A stretch of 64,000 nucleotides of DNA, taken from Syntrophales bacterium (GTDB lineage: Bacteria > Desulfobacterota > Syntrophia > Syntrophales > UBA2210). The stretch is from contig CAXXNF010000002.1 in assembly GCA_963666365.2 (NCBI GenBank), positions 2,080,001-2,144,000 of the forward strand, read 5' to 3'. Shown piece by piece: positions 29,888 to 38,350 of the stretch. Within the stretch, counting starts at the first letter, position 1. Every line of letters starts with the position of its first letter. Below the pieces are notes generated by a model. It was given only the letters and a program-made list of their open reading frames with translations, did not search any database and was not told where the DNA came from. The position numbers and the translations under genes were made by a program.

Positions 29888-30111
29888 AAATGAATGCTCT
29901 AAGGCAACAGGCTTCTTTGCTTTTTTTCCTGGAGTGAAAGAAAAAGTAAACCGTGACAAATAAAAAGTGTAATCGAAGGTTGGTTCCCTGCCTGCACCAT
30001 GCGCACCTGTGGAAATGACGATGATGCGGGATTTAATTATTGCGAAAAAATTTCATATACAAGAAAATAAGGCTGTCTGACATTTTTTTCACCTTAACAA
30101 AGGAGCATCAT

Positions 30112-30546
30112 ATGTTTGAACGAATGCTTTACCCGACTGATTTTTCTGAGTTGTCAGAGAAGGCCCTCCCCTACGTTCTCACGCTGAAAGAGGCGGGAGC
30201 GCACACGATCATCCTGCTGCACGTGATCGACAGCAGCACCCTTGATGCCATGACTCACTATTCCCCTATCGATCTGCTGGAAACCCGGAAGCGGCTCAGA
30301 GATATGGCAGCGCAAAAAATCGAAGCCCTGGCGGCGCAATTTGAAAGCGCCGGGTTTTCGGTAGCAGTCAGAATCGAAGAAGGAATCCCCTTTCGGGAAA
30401 TCCTCCGCGTTGAACAGGAAGAACAGGTGACGAGCATCGTAATGGCATCCCACGGCAGCAGCAACATAAAGGAAATGCTCCTGGGATCGGTTTCCGAACA
30501 GGTGATCAGAAAAGCCAGGACACCGGTGATAGTGATCAAGCGATGA
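30112..30546 (+). CDS. Universal stress protein
   Basis: YPTDFS, LLHVI, MASHG...LLGSVSEQV; RBS AAGGAG. Confidence 0.93.
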   Translation: MFERMLYPTDFSELSEKALPYVLTLKEAGAHTIILLHVIDSSTLDAMTHYSPIDLLETRKRLRDMAAQKIEALAAQFESAGFSVAVRIEEGIPFREILRVEQEEQVTSIVMASHGSSNIKEMLLGSVSEQVIRKARTPVIVIKR

Positions 30547-30645
30547 CATCTCCGGAATAGGGAATATACAAAGCCGTCTACAGCAAAAAAACACTGAAAG
30601 AAATTGCCGGGATCACGGCATGGTTAAAAAGGAGGAAAGAGTATT

Positions 30646-33495
30646 TTGAAGATACTGCGCGTCGATATGTCACAACTGAGGATGCAAATGGAAGATCTGC
30701 CCGAGGAGTGGAAGCTGATCGGGGGAAGAGGCCTGATCGCCAAAATCATGAACAAAGAGGTGCCGCCCGACACCGATCCGCTCGGACCGACAAATAAATT
30801 AATCATTGCCGCGGGACCGCTGGCGGGAACTATGGCGCCGCAAATGGGGCGCATATCGCTGGGATGTAAAAGCCCTCTGACATTGGGTATCAAAAAATCG
30901 AATGTAGGAGGGCCGACGGCGCAGAAGCTCGACAAGCTCGGCATTCGGTCAGTCATCATAGAAGGGGCGCCGCAAAACGGCGATTTGTATATTCTGAAAA
31001 TTTCCAAAGAGGGTGCGGCACTTGAAAAGGCTGATGGCTACAGGGGAATGAAGAATTACGCGCTTGCCGACGCACTGTACAAGAAGTACGGCGACAAGGT
31101 TACTCTGATTACCCTCGGCATCGCCGGAGAAAGAAAGTATAAAGGCGCCTCGATTTCTCTCGGAGACATCTACGGAGACCCCTCGCGGGCCGCAGGAAGA
31201 GGCGGTATCGGCGCCGTCATGGGGGCGAAAGGCCTCAAGGCCGTCGTGATCGACGCGGGCGACGCCGGCCAGGTGCCCCTTGCCGACCCCGCACGTTTCA
31301 GGGATACGGTGAGAAGTTGGGTAAACGTGCTCAAAAAAGACGTGGGCTGCGGCCTCTTTCACACCTTCGGGACGCCGCTGGCGGTTTCAAACCTCAGCAT
31401 GGTGGGAAGCATGCCCGCGAAGGGAAACACCTCGGGCAGACATGAGGAATTCAGAAAGGTCAGCGGCGATGCCATAAAAAACAATGTCTGGGAGCGGGGC
31501 GGCAAGATGCACGGCTGCATGCCGGGCTGCGTGGTCCAGTGTTCGATCATCTACAACGGACCCGATGGAAAACGACTCTGCTCCGCCCTTGAATACGAGG
31601 CTATCGGCCTTTTAGGAACGAATCTCGACATTGTGGACCTCGACGCCATCGCCCGCCTTAAATTTCTCTGCGACGATATCGGCCTCGACCTCATCGAAAT
31701 GGGCGGTTCTCTCGTCGTTTCAATAACCGGCGGCAAACTCAAGATGGGGGATGCCGAAGGGGCGATAAAACTTCTCGAGGAAATCGAAGCCGGAACGGAT
31801 TTCGGCGAAATTCTCGGGAACGGCGCCATAGCCACGGCAAAGGCGCTTTCCGTAAACCGGGTACCCGTGTTCAAGGGTCAGGCAATCCCCGCCCATGACG
31901 GCCGGGCCGCCAAAGGCATCGGCGTCACCTATGCCACCAGCCCCATGGGCGCCGATCACAACGCCGGTCTCACCTATAAGATGCCGGGATCGAAAACGGG
32001 CCAGATCGAAAATTCACTGGCCTTTCAGATCAGAGCGGCGGCCTGCGACACGATCGGCTATTGCCTCAATTCCGTCCCCGGCGGTCAGACGTCGATCTAT
32101 GAATTTTTTGCCGATCTGCTTAATGCCCGCTACGGAATGACACTGGCTGTAGATGACCTCGTTGAAATCGGCAAACAGACGCTGAAGGATGAGAACATCT
32201 TCAACAATAAATCAGAATTCAGTAAAATATGGGCCCCTTATCCCGATTTCTATCGAACGGAACCGCTGCCGCCGACGAACAGGGTCTTTGACGTGGAGGA
32301 CAGCGAAATTGAAGATATATGGAACAGGATTGATGCGTACAAAGAGCGTAAAAAACACTTTGAAGTGAGGATTCCCCACCTGCCCCACATGGTAATGGGC
32401 GAAGGCGTCTTCTCAAAGCTCGGCAGTGAAGCGAAAAGGCTTGGGATGCACAGGGCGCTCTTTCTCTGCGACCCCATTATGAAACAGATCGGCAGGGCCG
32501 ATGAAGCAATCGCCAATCTGAAAAAAAACGGAATCGATGCCGTACTCTTTACCGATATTGAACCGGATCCCCCGATTTGGGAAATAGAACACCTAGGTGA
32601 ACTGTACAAAAAAGAAGCCTGTGACGGCATCATCGCCATGGGTGGCGGCAGTTCAATGGATGCAGCGAAGGCGGTTGCCGTGAGGGTCACCCATCCCGGC
32701 CACATGTCCGAGTACGAAAGCCTTGCCGGCGGCACGGGAAAAATAAAGGACATATTGCCGCCCCTTATCTGCATACCCACTACCTCGGGAACGGGGAGCG
32801 AGGCCAATACCTACTCGGTGATCACCGATACGGAGCGGGGCATCAAGTTCATCATCATGAGTGAAATACTCGTGCCCAAGGTGGCGATCATCGATCCGGA
32901 CGTGACTAGAACGATGCCTCCGGGACTCACCGCCGAAACGGGCATCGACGCACTGGCCCATTGCATAGAGGGCTACGTGGGAACGCTCATGCCCTACCAT
33001 CCCTATTATTCAACGCTGGCCTATTACGGCGTCAAAATGATCGGCTCAAGCCTGCCTCGCGCCTATCATAACCCCGATGACATGCAGGCACGGACGGATA
33101 TGGCCATGGCGGCCATTTACGGCGGCGCCGCCTTTACCAAGGGACTGGGCATCGGACATAACCTCGGCCATGTCATCGGCGCCCGGTATCACATATCCCA
33201 TGGCAAATCGATCGCCCCGGGACTGCTCTGTTTCGCCAGGGCAAATGAGAAGGCCTGCCGGGAGGATTTCGAAGATCTGGCCTGGACTCTTAATCGCTCC
33301 AGGAACCTGGAAGAGGGTCTTCGCACATTATACGAAGAGGTGGGCATGCCCGCCAGATTCAGAGATTTGGGCGTGCCGGAAGAAGACCTGCCACGCATCG
33401 CTTTCGAGGCATCAAAGGACGTGGTCAACATCGCGGGCAATCCCATACCTTTGGAGGAGAAACATTTTTTGTCGCTGCTTAAAGAATTTTACTGA
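30646..33495 (+). CDS. Fusion of an aldehyde:ferredoxin oxidoreductase (W/Mo-bis-pterin) and an iron-containing alcohol dehydrogenase
   Basis: N-part: KSPLT, GRGGIGAVMGAKGLKA, CMPGCVVQC, LEYE, CDDIGLD, DTIGYC. C-part: GGGSSMDAAK, PTTSGTGSE, DALAHCIE, GHNLGH..SHG. TTG start with AGGAGG RBS. Confidence 0.92.
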   Translation: MKILRVDMSQLRMQMEDLPEEWKLIGGRGLIAKIMNKEVPPDTDPLGPTNKLIIAAGPLAGTMAPQMGRISLGCKSPLTLGIKKSNVGGPTAQKLDKLGIRSVIIEGAPQNGDLYILKISKEGAALEKADGYRGMKNYALADALYKKYGDKVTLITLGIAGERKYKGASISLGDIYGDPSRAAGRGGIGAVMGAKGLKAVVIDAGDAGQVPLADPARFRDTVRSWVNVLKKDVGCGLFHTFGTPLAVSNLSMVGSMPAKGNTSGRHEEFRKVSGDAIKNNVWERGGKMHGCMPGCVVQCSIIYNGPDGKRLCSALEYEAIGLLGTNLDIVDLDAIARLKFLCDDIGLDLIEMGGSLVVSITGGKLKMGDAEGAIKLLEEIEAGTDFGEILGNGAIATAKALSVNRVPVFKGQAIPAHDGRAAKGIGVTYATSPMGADHNAGLTYKMPGSKTGQIENSLAFQIRAAACDTIGYCLNSVPGGQTSIYEFFADLLNARYGMTLAVDDLVEIGKQTLKDENIFNNKSEFSKIWAPYPDFYRTEPLPPTNRVFDVEDSEIEDIWNRIDAYKERKKHFEVRIPHLPHMVMGEGVFSKLGSEAKRLGMHRALFLCDPIMKQIGRADEAIANLKKNGIDAVLFTDIEPDPPIWEIEHLGELYKKEACDGIIAMGGGSSMDAAKAVAVRVTHPGHMSEYESLAGGTGKIKDILPPLICIPTTSGTGSEANTYSVITDTERGIKFIIMSEILVPKVAIIDPDVTRTMPPGLTAETGIDALAHCIEGYVGTLMPYHPYYSTLAYYGVKMIGSSLPRAYHNPDDMQARTDMAMAAIYGGAAFTKGLGIGHNLGHVIGARYHISHGKSIAPGLLCFARANEKACREDFEDLAWTLNRSRNLEEGLRTLYEEVGMPARFRDLGVPEEDLPRIAFEASKDVVNIAGNPIPLEEKHFLSLLKEFY

Positions 33496-33541
33496 AAAAT
33501 TTTTATGTAAGCAGAAACTCTTATACCACCGATTCCGACAG

Positions 33542-33572
33542 GGCGCCTTCGATACTTCTATTCGAAGGCGCC
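33542..33572 (+). terminator. Hairpin downstream of the AOR-ADH fusion
   Basis: GGCGCCTTCGA-N9-TCGAAGGCGCC; no U-tract. Confidence 0.4.
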
Positions 33573-33766
33573 GCCGACCCCTCGCTCCCTTTGCGGATAT
33601 ACTTTTTCAGACGCAACATACCTATGTAATGCAAAACGCAGCTCATTGGCGCCCACCTCCCATATTGTGGGGACCCGATAGTGAAAAAGCGTAGGGAATA
33701 GGGTGAGATATGTATAAAAATATCTCCTATTATTCATAAACGCCACTAAAAAAAGGAGGATTTACC

Positions 33767-35440
33767 ATGAAAGGGAGTACTCGAAATTGGAGACTGTCAC
33801 TTATCGGCCTGGCTGTGATCTGGACACTGCTCATGTCGGCTTCGGTTGTTGCACAGGAGGTCGCCGTCACCGACAAGGGGTACAAGGCTGTTCGTCTTGC
33901 CGCTGACACCCCCTTCCCCGGCGCGAACGGGGCTACAATAGGCGCCGACGGCAATCTCTATGTGAGTCACACCGGCAACGGCACAATAACGAAGATAGAT
34001 CTTACGTCAATGAAGGCAACACCCTTCGTCAGTCCCTATCAGGCGGCATTCATTATAGACGATATTGCGGCAGACGATAAGGGAAACATCTATGCTACAG
34101 GGACCACGCCGCTGGTCGGGGAGGTGTACCGTATCGACAAAAACGGAGTGCGCACGATTATCGCCGACGGCATGGCGGCGCCGAACGGGATCGAATACAA
34201 TCCGCGTACGGGGAGACTCTTTGTCACGGAATGCTTCCAGGGAAACCGCGTCTATGAGGTTGATCCTGCCGGCATAAAAAAGGCGCGACTCCTGATCGAC
34301 AAGGACGTGATTCCCGTCCCTGAAGGATTCGACTACGATCCCGATACAAACGATTTGATCATCCCCGACCTGGGAACGGGGAAAATCCTGAGAGTCCATC
34401 CCGATACGGGCGCGATCAGCACCATAACCGACAAGGTTCCCGCCTGCATCGCACTTGCGATAGGTCCGGACAAAATGATTTATGTGCCGGCCCTTTCCGG
34501 TGTGGTGTACCGGGTCAGTCTGGATGGTTCCAAGGTGGAAAAACTTGCCCAGTTGACTCCCGGTCTGGACAACGTGGCGCTCACCAAAGAGGGACGACTC
34601 TTTGTCACCAGTTACTGGGATGCCACAGTCTACGAAGTTGCCACCGACGGAAGCGGCAAATTCACGCAGTTATTCCCTATGGGACCCAATCAGCCTCTCG
34701 GCGTTGTCGTAAAAAAGGGGGCGATCTTTGTTGCCGATGCAATCATGATACGAACCGTTGCGGATGGAAAATATAACCAGACCAAGCTGAACGCCTGGGC
34801 TGCTCACGGCATGCCTCTGACACTGAGCTTGACTGACGGTCCCGGGGATCAGCTTTTCTGGACCGATTGCATTCACGGCGCCGTGGCCATAGGGAATCCT
34901 TCAACAGGAGAGTTCAAACCTGTGGCGGGTGGGCTGGCACGACCAATCGCTGCACTTATGAGCAGTGACGGATCGCAGCTCTTTGTGGCTGAATTTGCCG
35001 CGGGACAGATTACTGCCATCAGTTTAAAGGACGGTGCAAAAAAGGTGCTCGCACAGGACCTCGAAGGCCCTCTCGGACTGGCGCTCATCGATGGCGCCCT
35101 TTATGTGGCAGAAGCAAAATCGGGGCGCATCAGCAAGGTCGATCCCCTTTCGGGAAAGAAAGAAGTGTTTGTTTCATCCATGGTAGGAAAACCGGTTGCT
35201 CTCGCCAATGATGGCGGCGACACGTTGCTCGTGCTCGACGGCGCCGGACAGAGAATCATCAGGATCTGCCCGAAGACCCTGGCAATGACCCTCATCGCAA
35301 AGGACGTTCCCGTGGGATACAGTCCTATCGGAAGCTACCCCTCTGTGGAGTTTCCTTCTGCCATGACGGTATGTGCCAAGGGAAACATCTATTTTACTAC
35401 GGCGGACCGCGGCCTCATTAAACTTGAAAAAATCAAATAA
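33767..35440 (+). CDS. Secreted tandem beta-propeller protein (SMP-30/gluconolactonase/NHL-like)
   Basis: Sec signal (..SVVA-QE); repeated blades such as GANG..IGADGNLYVS, APNGIEY..GRLFVT, PEGFDY, LDNVAL..GRLFVT, PLGLAL..ALYVAE. Confidence 0.8.
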   Translation: MKGSTRNWRLSLIGLAVIWTLLMSASVVAQEVAVTDKGYKAVRLAADTPFPGANGATIGADGNLYVSHTGNGTITKIDLTSMKATPFVSPYQAAFIIDDIAADDKGNIYATGTTPLVGEVYRIDKNGVRTIIADGMAAPNGIEYNPRTGRLFVTECFQGNRVYEVDPAGIKKARLLIDKDVIPVPEGFDYDPDTNDLIIPDLGTGKILRVHPDTGAISTITDKVPACIALAIGPDKMIYVPALSGVVYRVSLDGSKVEKLAQLTPGLDNVALTKEGRLFVTSYWDATVYEVATDGSGKFTQLFPMGPNQPLGVVVKKGAIFVADAIMIRTVADGKYNQTKLNAWAAHGMPLTLSLTDGPGDQLFWTDCIHGAVAIGNPSTGEFKPVAGGLARPIAALMSSDGSQLFVAEFAAGQITAISLKDGAKKVLAQDLEGPLGLALIDGALYVAEAKSGRISKVDPLSGKKEVFVSSMVGKPVALANDGGDTLLVLDGAGQRIIRICPKTLAMTLIAKDVPVGYSPIGSYPSVEFPSAMTVCAKGNIYFTTADRGLIKLEKIK

Positions 35441-35456
35441 TGACGCCCTTCAAAGG

Positions 35457-35490
35457 CGAATGCTCCCTGCCTTTCGGGCAGGGAGCATTC
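35457..35490. terminator. Strong hairpin between convergent genes
   Basis: CGAATGCTCCCTGCC-loop-GGCAGGGAGCATTCG. Confidence 0.65.
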
Positions 35491-35520
35491 GTGTGTTCAC
35501 AAAGATGTTCATGCCGCGTT

Positions 35521-36039
35521 TTACACATCACTGAAGCTGATATCGGTTTCACCTCTTGGAAGCGGTATGATATACACAGGTTTACGCGTTCTCCGCAATA
35601 CCCGTTCCGCCACGCTGCCCAGAAAGGTATTTGCAATCGAGCCCTTGCTGTGCGTGCCCATGACGATGACATCGCAGTTGCGCTCATCGGCCGTTCGCAA
35701 TATAACCTCCGCCGGATACCCCTCTTCGACGATAATTTCGTCCTCCCGTCCGACGGCATCGGGGTCGTCGGCAAGTTCTTTTTCCCTGATCACATTCCAG
35801 CGTTCCCTGAGCTTCTCCAGGCTCTGCTGAATATTTAGTTCGGCAAATTTCTGTTTGTCCTTTTCGCTCACATAGAGATCCATCCAGACCCGCGCATTCT
35901 GAGGCAACGGTTCGATGACATGAAGCGTCACCACTTCCGCATCATGCTTCTGCGCCGTGTTGATTGCATAGCGAAAGGCATAGGCCGAATTTCTGGAAAG
36001 ATCCGTCGCATAAAGAATCTTCTTTATTCGTGGTATCAT
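35521..36039 (-). CDS. Universal stress protein
   Basis: KILYATDLS, LHVIE, GYPAEVIL, VMGTHSKG..FLGSVAERV; start ATG 36039 with AGGAGG RBS. Confidence 0.92.
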   Translation of the reverse strand: MIPRIKKILYATDLSRNSAYAFRYAINTAQKHDAEVVTLHVIEPLPQNARVWMDLYVSEKDKQKFAELNIQQSLEKLRERWNVIREKELADDPDAVGREDEIIVEEGYPAEVILRTADERNCDVIVMGTHSKGSIANTFLGSVAERVLRRTRKPVYIIPLPRGETDISFSDV

Positions 36040-36118
36040 GGTGTATCCTCCTTTTTTTGTCGATTCATCTGACTGCCGCGTTTCCTTCAGGGGGCTTACA
36101 GGATTGACGCGCACCCCC

Positions 36119-36679
36119 TTATTTGAGCCATGGCTTGCCCGCAGGAACCACGTCTCTTCCGAACACCTCGCCCAGGATAATATGGGCCATGGTATACCAT
36201 GCCGCCAGGGCACAGATCATCAGTTCATATCCGGCCACCTTGGTCAGTCCAGGAAAACCGAAATGTGCGAAATCAAGAAGGATAAATCCCACCAAGAGGA
36301 GGGTAAAGGTCCAGGCAAGGGCGCCGTTGATGCGCATGGCGCCAATCCACATTATGGCCGTGTACACCGTAAATCCGATGAGAAACCACCCCACATCGGT
36401 CGTGCTCGCCTTATAAATCCCGAAGTGGTTGCCCAGGAGGATAAGCGCCAGGGCAATCCAGAAGCATCCGTAGGTGGTAAATGCGCTGTATCCGAAATTG
36501 TTGCCTGTTTTCATTTCCTGAAGCCCGGCAATCATCTGTGCAATACCGCCGAAAATCAATCCCAGCGCCACAACCGGACCTGCGCCGCACCAGCCCACAT
36601 TGTGAAACTGCAAAATTAATGTCGTCATGCCAAATCCGGCCAGCCCAACCACTGCGGGGTTTCCCATTTTCTGCTCCAT
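36119..36679 (-). CDS. satP: Acetate/succinate uptake channel (GPR1/FUN34/YaaH family)
   Basis: NPAVVGLAGFG, FGGIAQMIAG..E, AFTTYGCFW. Confidence 0.9.
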   Translation of the reverse strand: MEQKMGNPAVVGLAGFGMTTLILQFHNVGWCGAGPVVALGLIFGGIAQMIAGLQEMKTGNNFGYSAFTTYGCFWIALALILLGNHFGIYKASTTDVGWFLIGFTVYTAIMWIGAMRINGALAWTFTLLLVGFILLDFAHFGFPGLTKVAGYELMICALAAWYTMAHIILGEVFGRDVVPAGKPWLK

Positions 36680-36789
36680 GTTTTTCTTCCACGCCTCCTT
36701 TTTTTGGAAATAGTGGTTGGAAATTGAACTATATTTTTTCTGAAATTACCACCATTTTCTTATACCATCTCCCGTTTTCGAAACAGCAT

Positions 36790-38313
36790 CTACCCTTTTT
36801 GCCTCAGCTCGCGCTTCAGGATCTTCCCCACGGAACTCTTCGGCAGTTCATCCAAAAACACCACCGACTTGGGCGCTTTAAAACGGGATACTTCCTTTAT
36901 GCAATGATCCATCAATTCCTGTTCCGAAACGTGCGCGCCCGGGCGGAGAACCACAAAGGCCTTCACCTCTTCTCCATACACGGCATCGGGTACACCCACC
37001 ACGGCCGCCTCCATGACGGCCTCATGGCTGTAAAGTATTTCTTCGATTGCCCCGGGGGAAATATTTTCACCACCCCGAATAATCAGGTCTTTTTTTCTGT
37101 CGGTGATAAAGAGATCGCCGTCCTCATCGAGACATCCCATGTCGCCCGTATGCATCCATCCATGCAGCAATGCCGCCTCCGTTTCCTGCGGCTTGTTGAG
37201 ATAGCCCTTCATGACATTCGGTCCCCTGACACAAATTTCACCTTCTTCCCCAGCAGGAACTTCCTCATCACGATCGTTGAATATCTTCACTTCTACGTTT
37301 CGAATGGCGGAACCGACCGATCCGGGCTTCTTCGGTCTTCCGACAGCCTGTCGTGTAATAGTGGGGGACGTTTCCGTCATCCCGTACCCCTCGTAAAGCG
37401 TGCCCCCGAGCGTCTCTTCCACCATGCGCAGCGTTTCCAGACTGAGCGGCGCCGCTGCGCTTATCCATCGGCGGATAGATCCGAGATCATGCACTGTCGT
37501 ATCATAATGCTGCAACAGCATAATATACATGGTGGGAACGCCGACAAACTGCGTTACCTTGTGGGTGGTAATGCTTCTCAGCGCCAGTTTGGGATCGAAT
37601 CCCTTGTGGATGATCAGAGTGGCGCCGGTAATGTTGCACTCGTTTATCATCAACATGCCGTAGATGTGATTCAAAGGAAGAGGAACCAGATAGACATCGC
37701 TTTCGTCGGTCGGCCAGGATGGCAGCCCATCCTCCAGATTTGATCCGATGTTTCTATGGCTGAGCATCACGCCCTTGGGAAAACCGGTCGTTCCCGACGT
37801 ATACATCAGCACCGCCGTATCGTCCGGGTCCATGACGGCCATTTCATAGTCAACGGAGTGTTCGGCAAGAAGCGAATCAAAAGAAAGGGTCCCCGGAACT
37901 GCCTTTTTGTCAGCGATAATAATATGTTCTATCGTCTTGAGCCCCTTCGCGGCCTCCTGTATTTTCGGATAGAGTTCCTCATTGGTGATGATGGCGACGG
38001 CCTTCGAATCTTCCAGGATATATCGTATTTCAGGGGCGGTGAGACCAAAAATGACGGGCAGGAACACGGCGCCCCTCTTGAATATGCCGATAAAAGACAC
38101 GGGAACTGCGGGACCGTTGGGTAAGATCACCGCGACAATATCCCCTCTTCTTACGCCCAGACCGGCCAGGCCGTTGGCGAGCGCATTGGAACGATTTTTC
38201 AGCTCCACGTTGGTAAAACGTTCTTCATGATCCTGCTCTTCATACACAAGAATTTCATACTCTCCAAACTTTTTGATGCTTTCCAGCCCGTAGTGCGCGT
38301 AATTCCAGTTCAT
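36790..38313 (-). CDS. Acyl-CoA synthetase (long-chain fatty acid-CoA ligase-like)
   Basis: YTSGTTGFPKG, EGYGMTETSP, HTGD, DRKKDLIIRGGEN, PKSSVGKIL. Confidence 0.93.
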   Translation of the reverse strand: MNWNYAHYGLESIKKFGEYEILVYEEQDHEERFTNVELKNRSNALANGLAGLGVRRGDIVAVILPNGPAVPVSFIGIFKRGAVFLPVIFGLTAPEIRYILEDSKAVAIITNEELYPKIQEAAKGLKTIEHIIIADKKAVPGTLSFDSLLAEHSVDYEMAVMDPDDTAVLMYTSGTTGFPKGVMLSHRNIGSNLEDGLPSWPTDESDVYLVPLPLNHIYGMLMINECNITGATLIIHKGFDPKLALRSITTHKVTQFVGVPTMYIMLLQHYDTTVHDLGSIRRWISAAAPLSLETLRMVEETLGGTLYEGYGMTETSPTITRQAVGRPKKPGSVGSAIRNVEVKIFNDRDEEVPAGEEGEICVRGPNVMKGYLNKPQETEAALLHGWMHTGDMGCLDEDGDLFITDRKKDLIIRGGENISPGAIEEILYSHEAVMEAAVVGVPDAVYGEEVKAFVVLRPGAHVSEQELMDHCIKEVSRFKAPKSVVFLDELPKSSVGKILKRELRQKG

Positions 38314-38350
38314 ACTCCTCTCCCTCACTTGCATATCAATTAGTAGTGAT

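Noticed and set aside
30646..33495. Selenocysteine or recoding as the explanation for the AOR-ADH fusion
   Set aside because: No in-frame TGA or frameshift is needed; the ORF is continuous
36481..37743. 420-aa + strand ORF
   Set aside because: Antisense shadow of satP and the CoA ligase; no motifs. Long antisense ORFs are common opposite such genes
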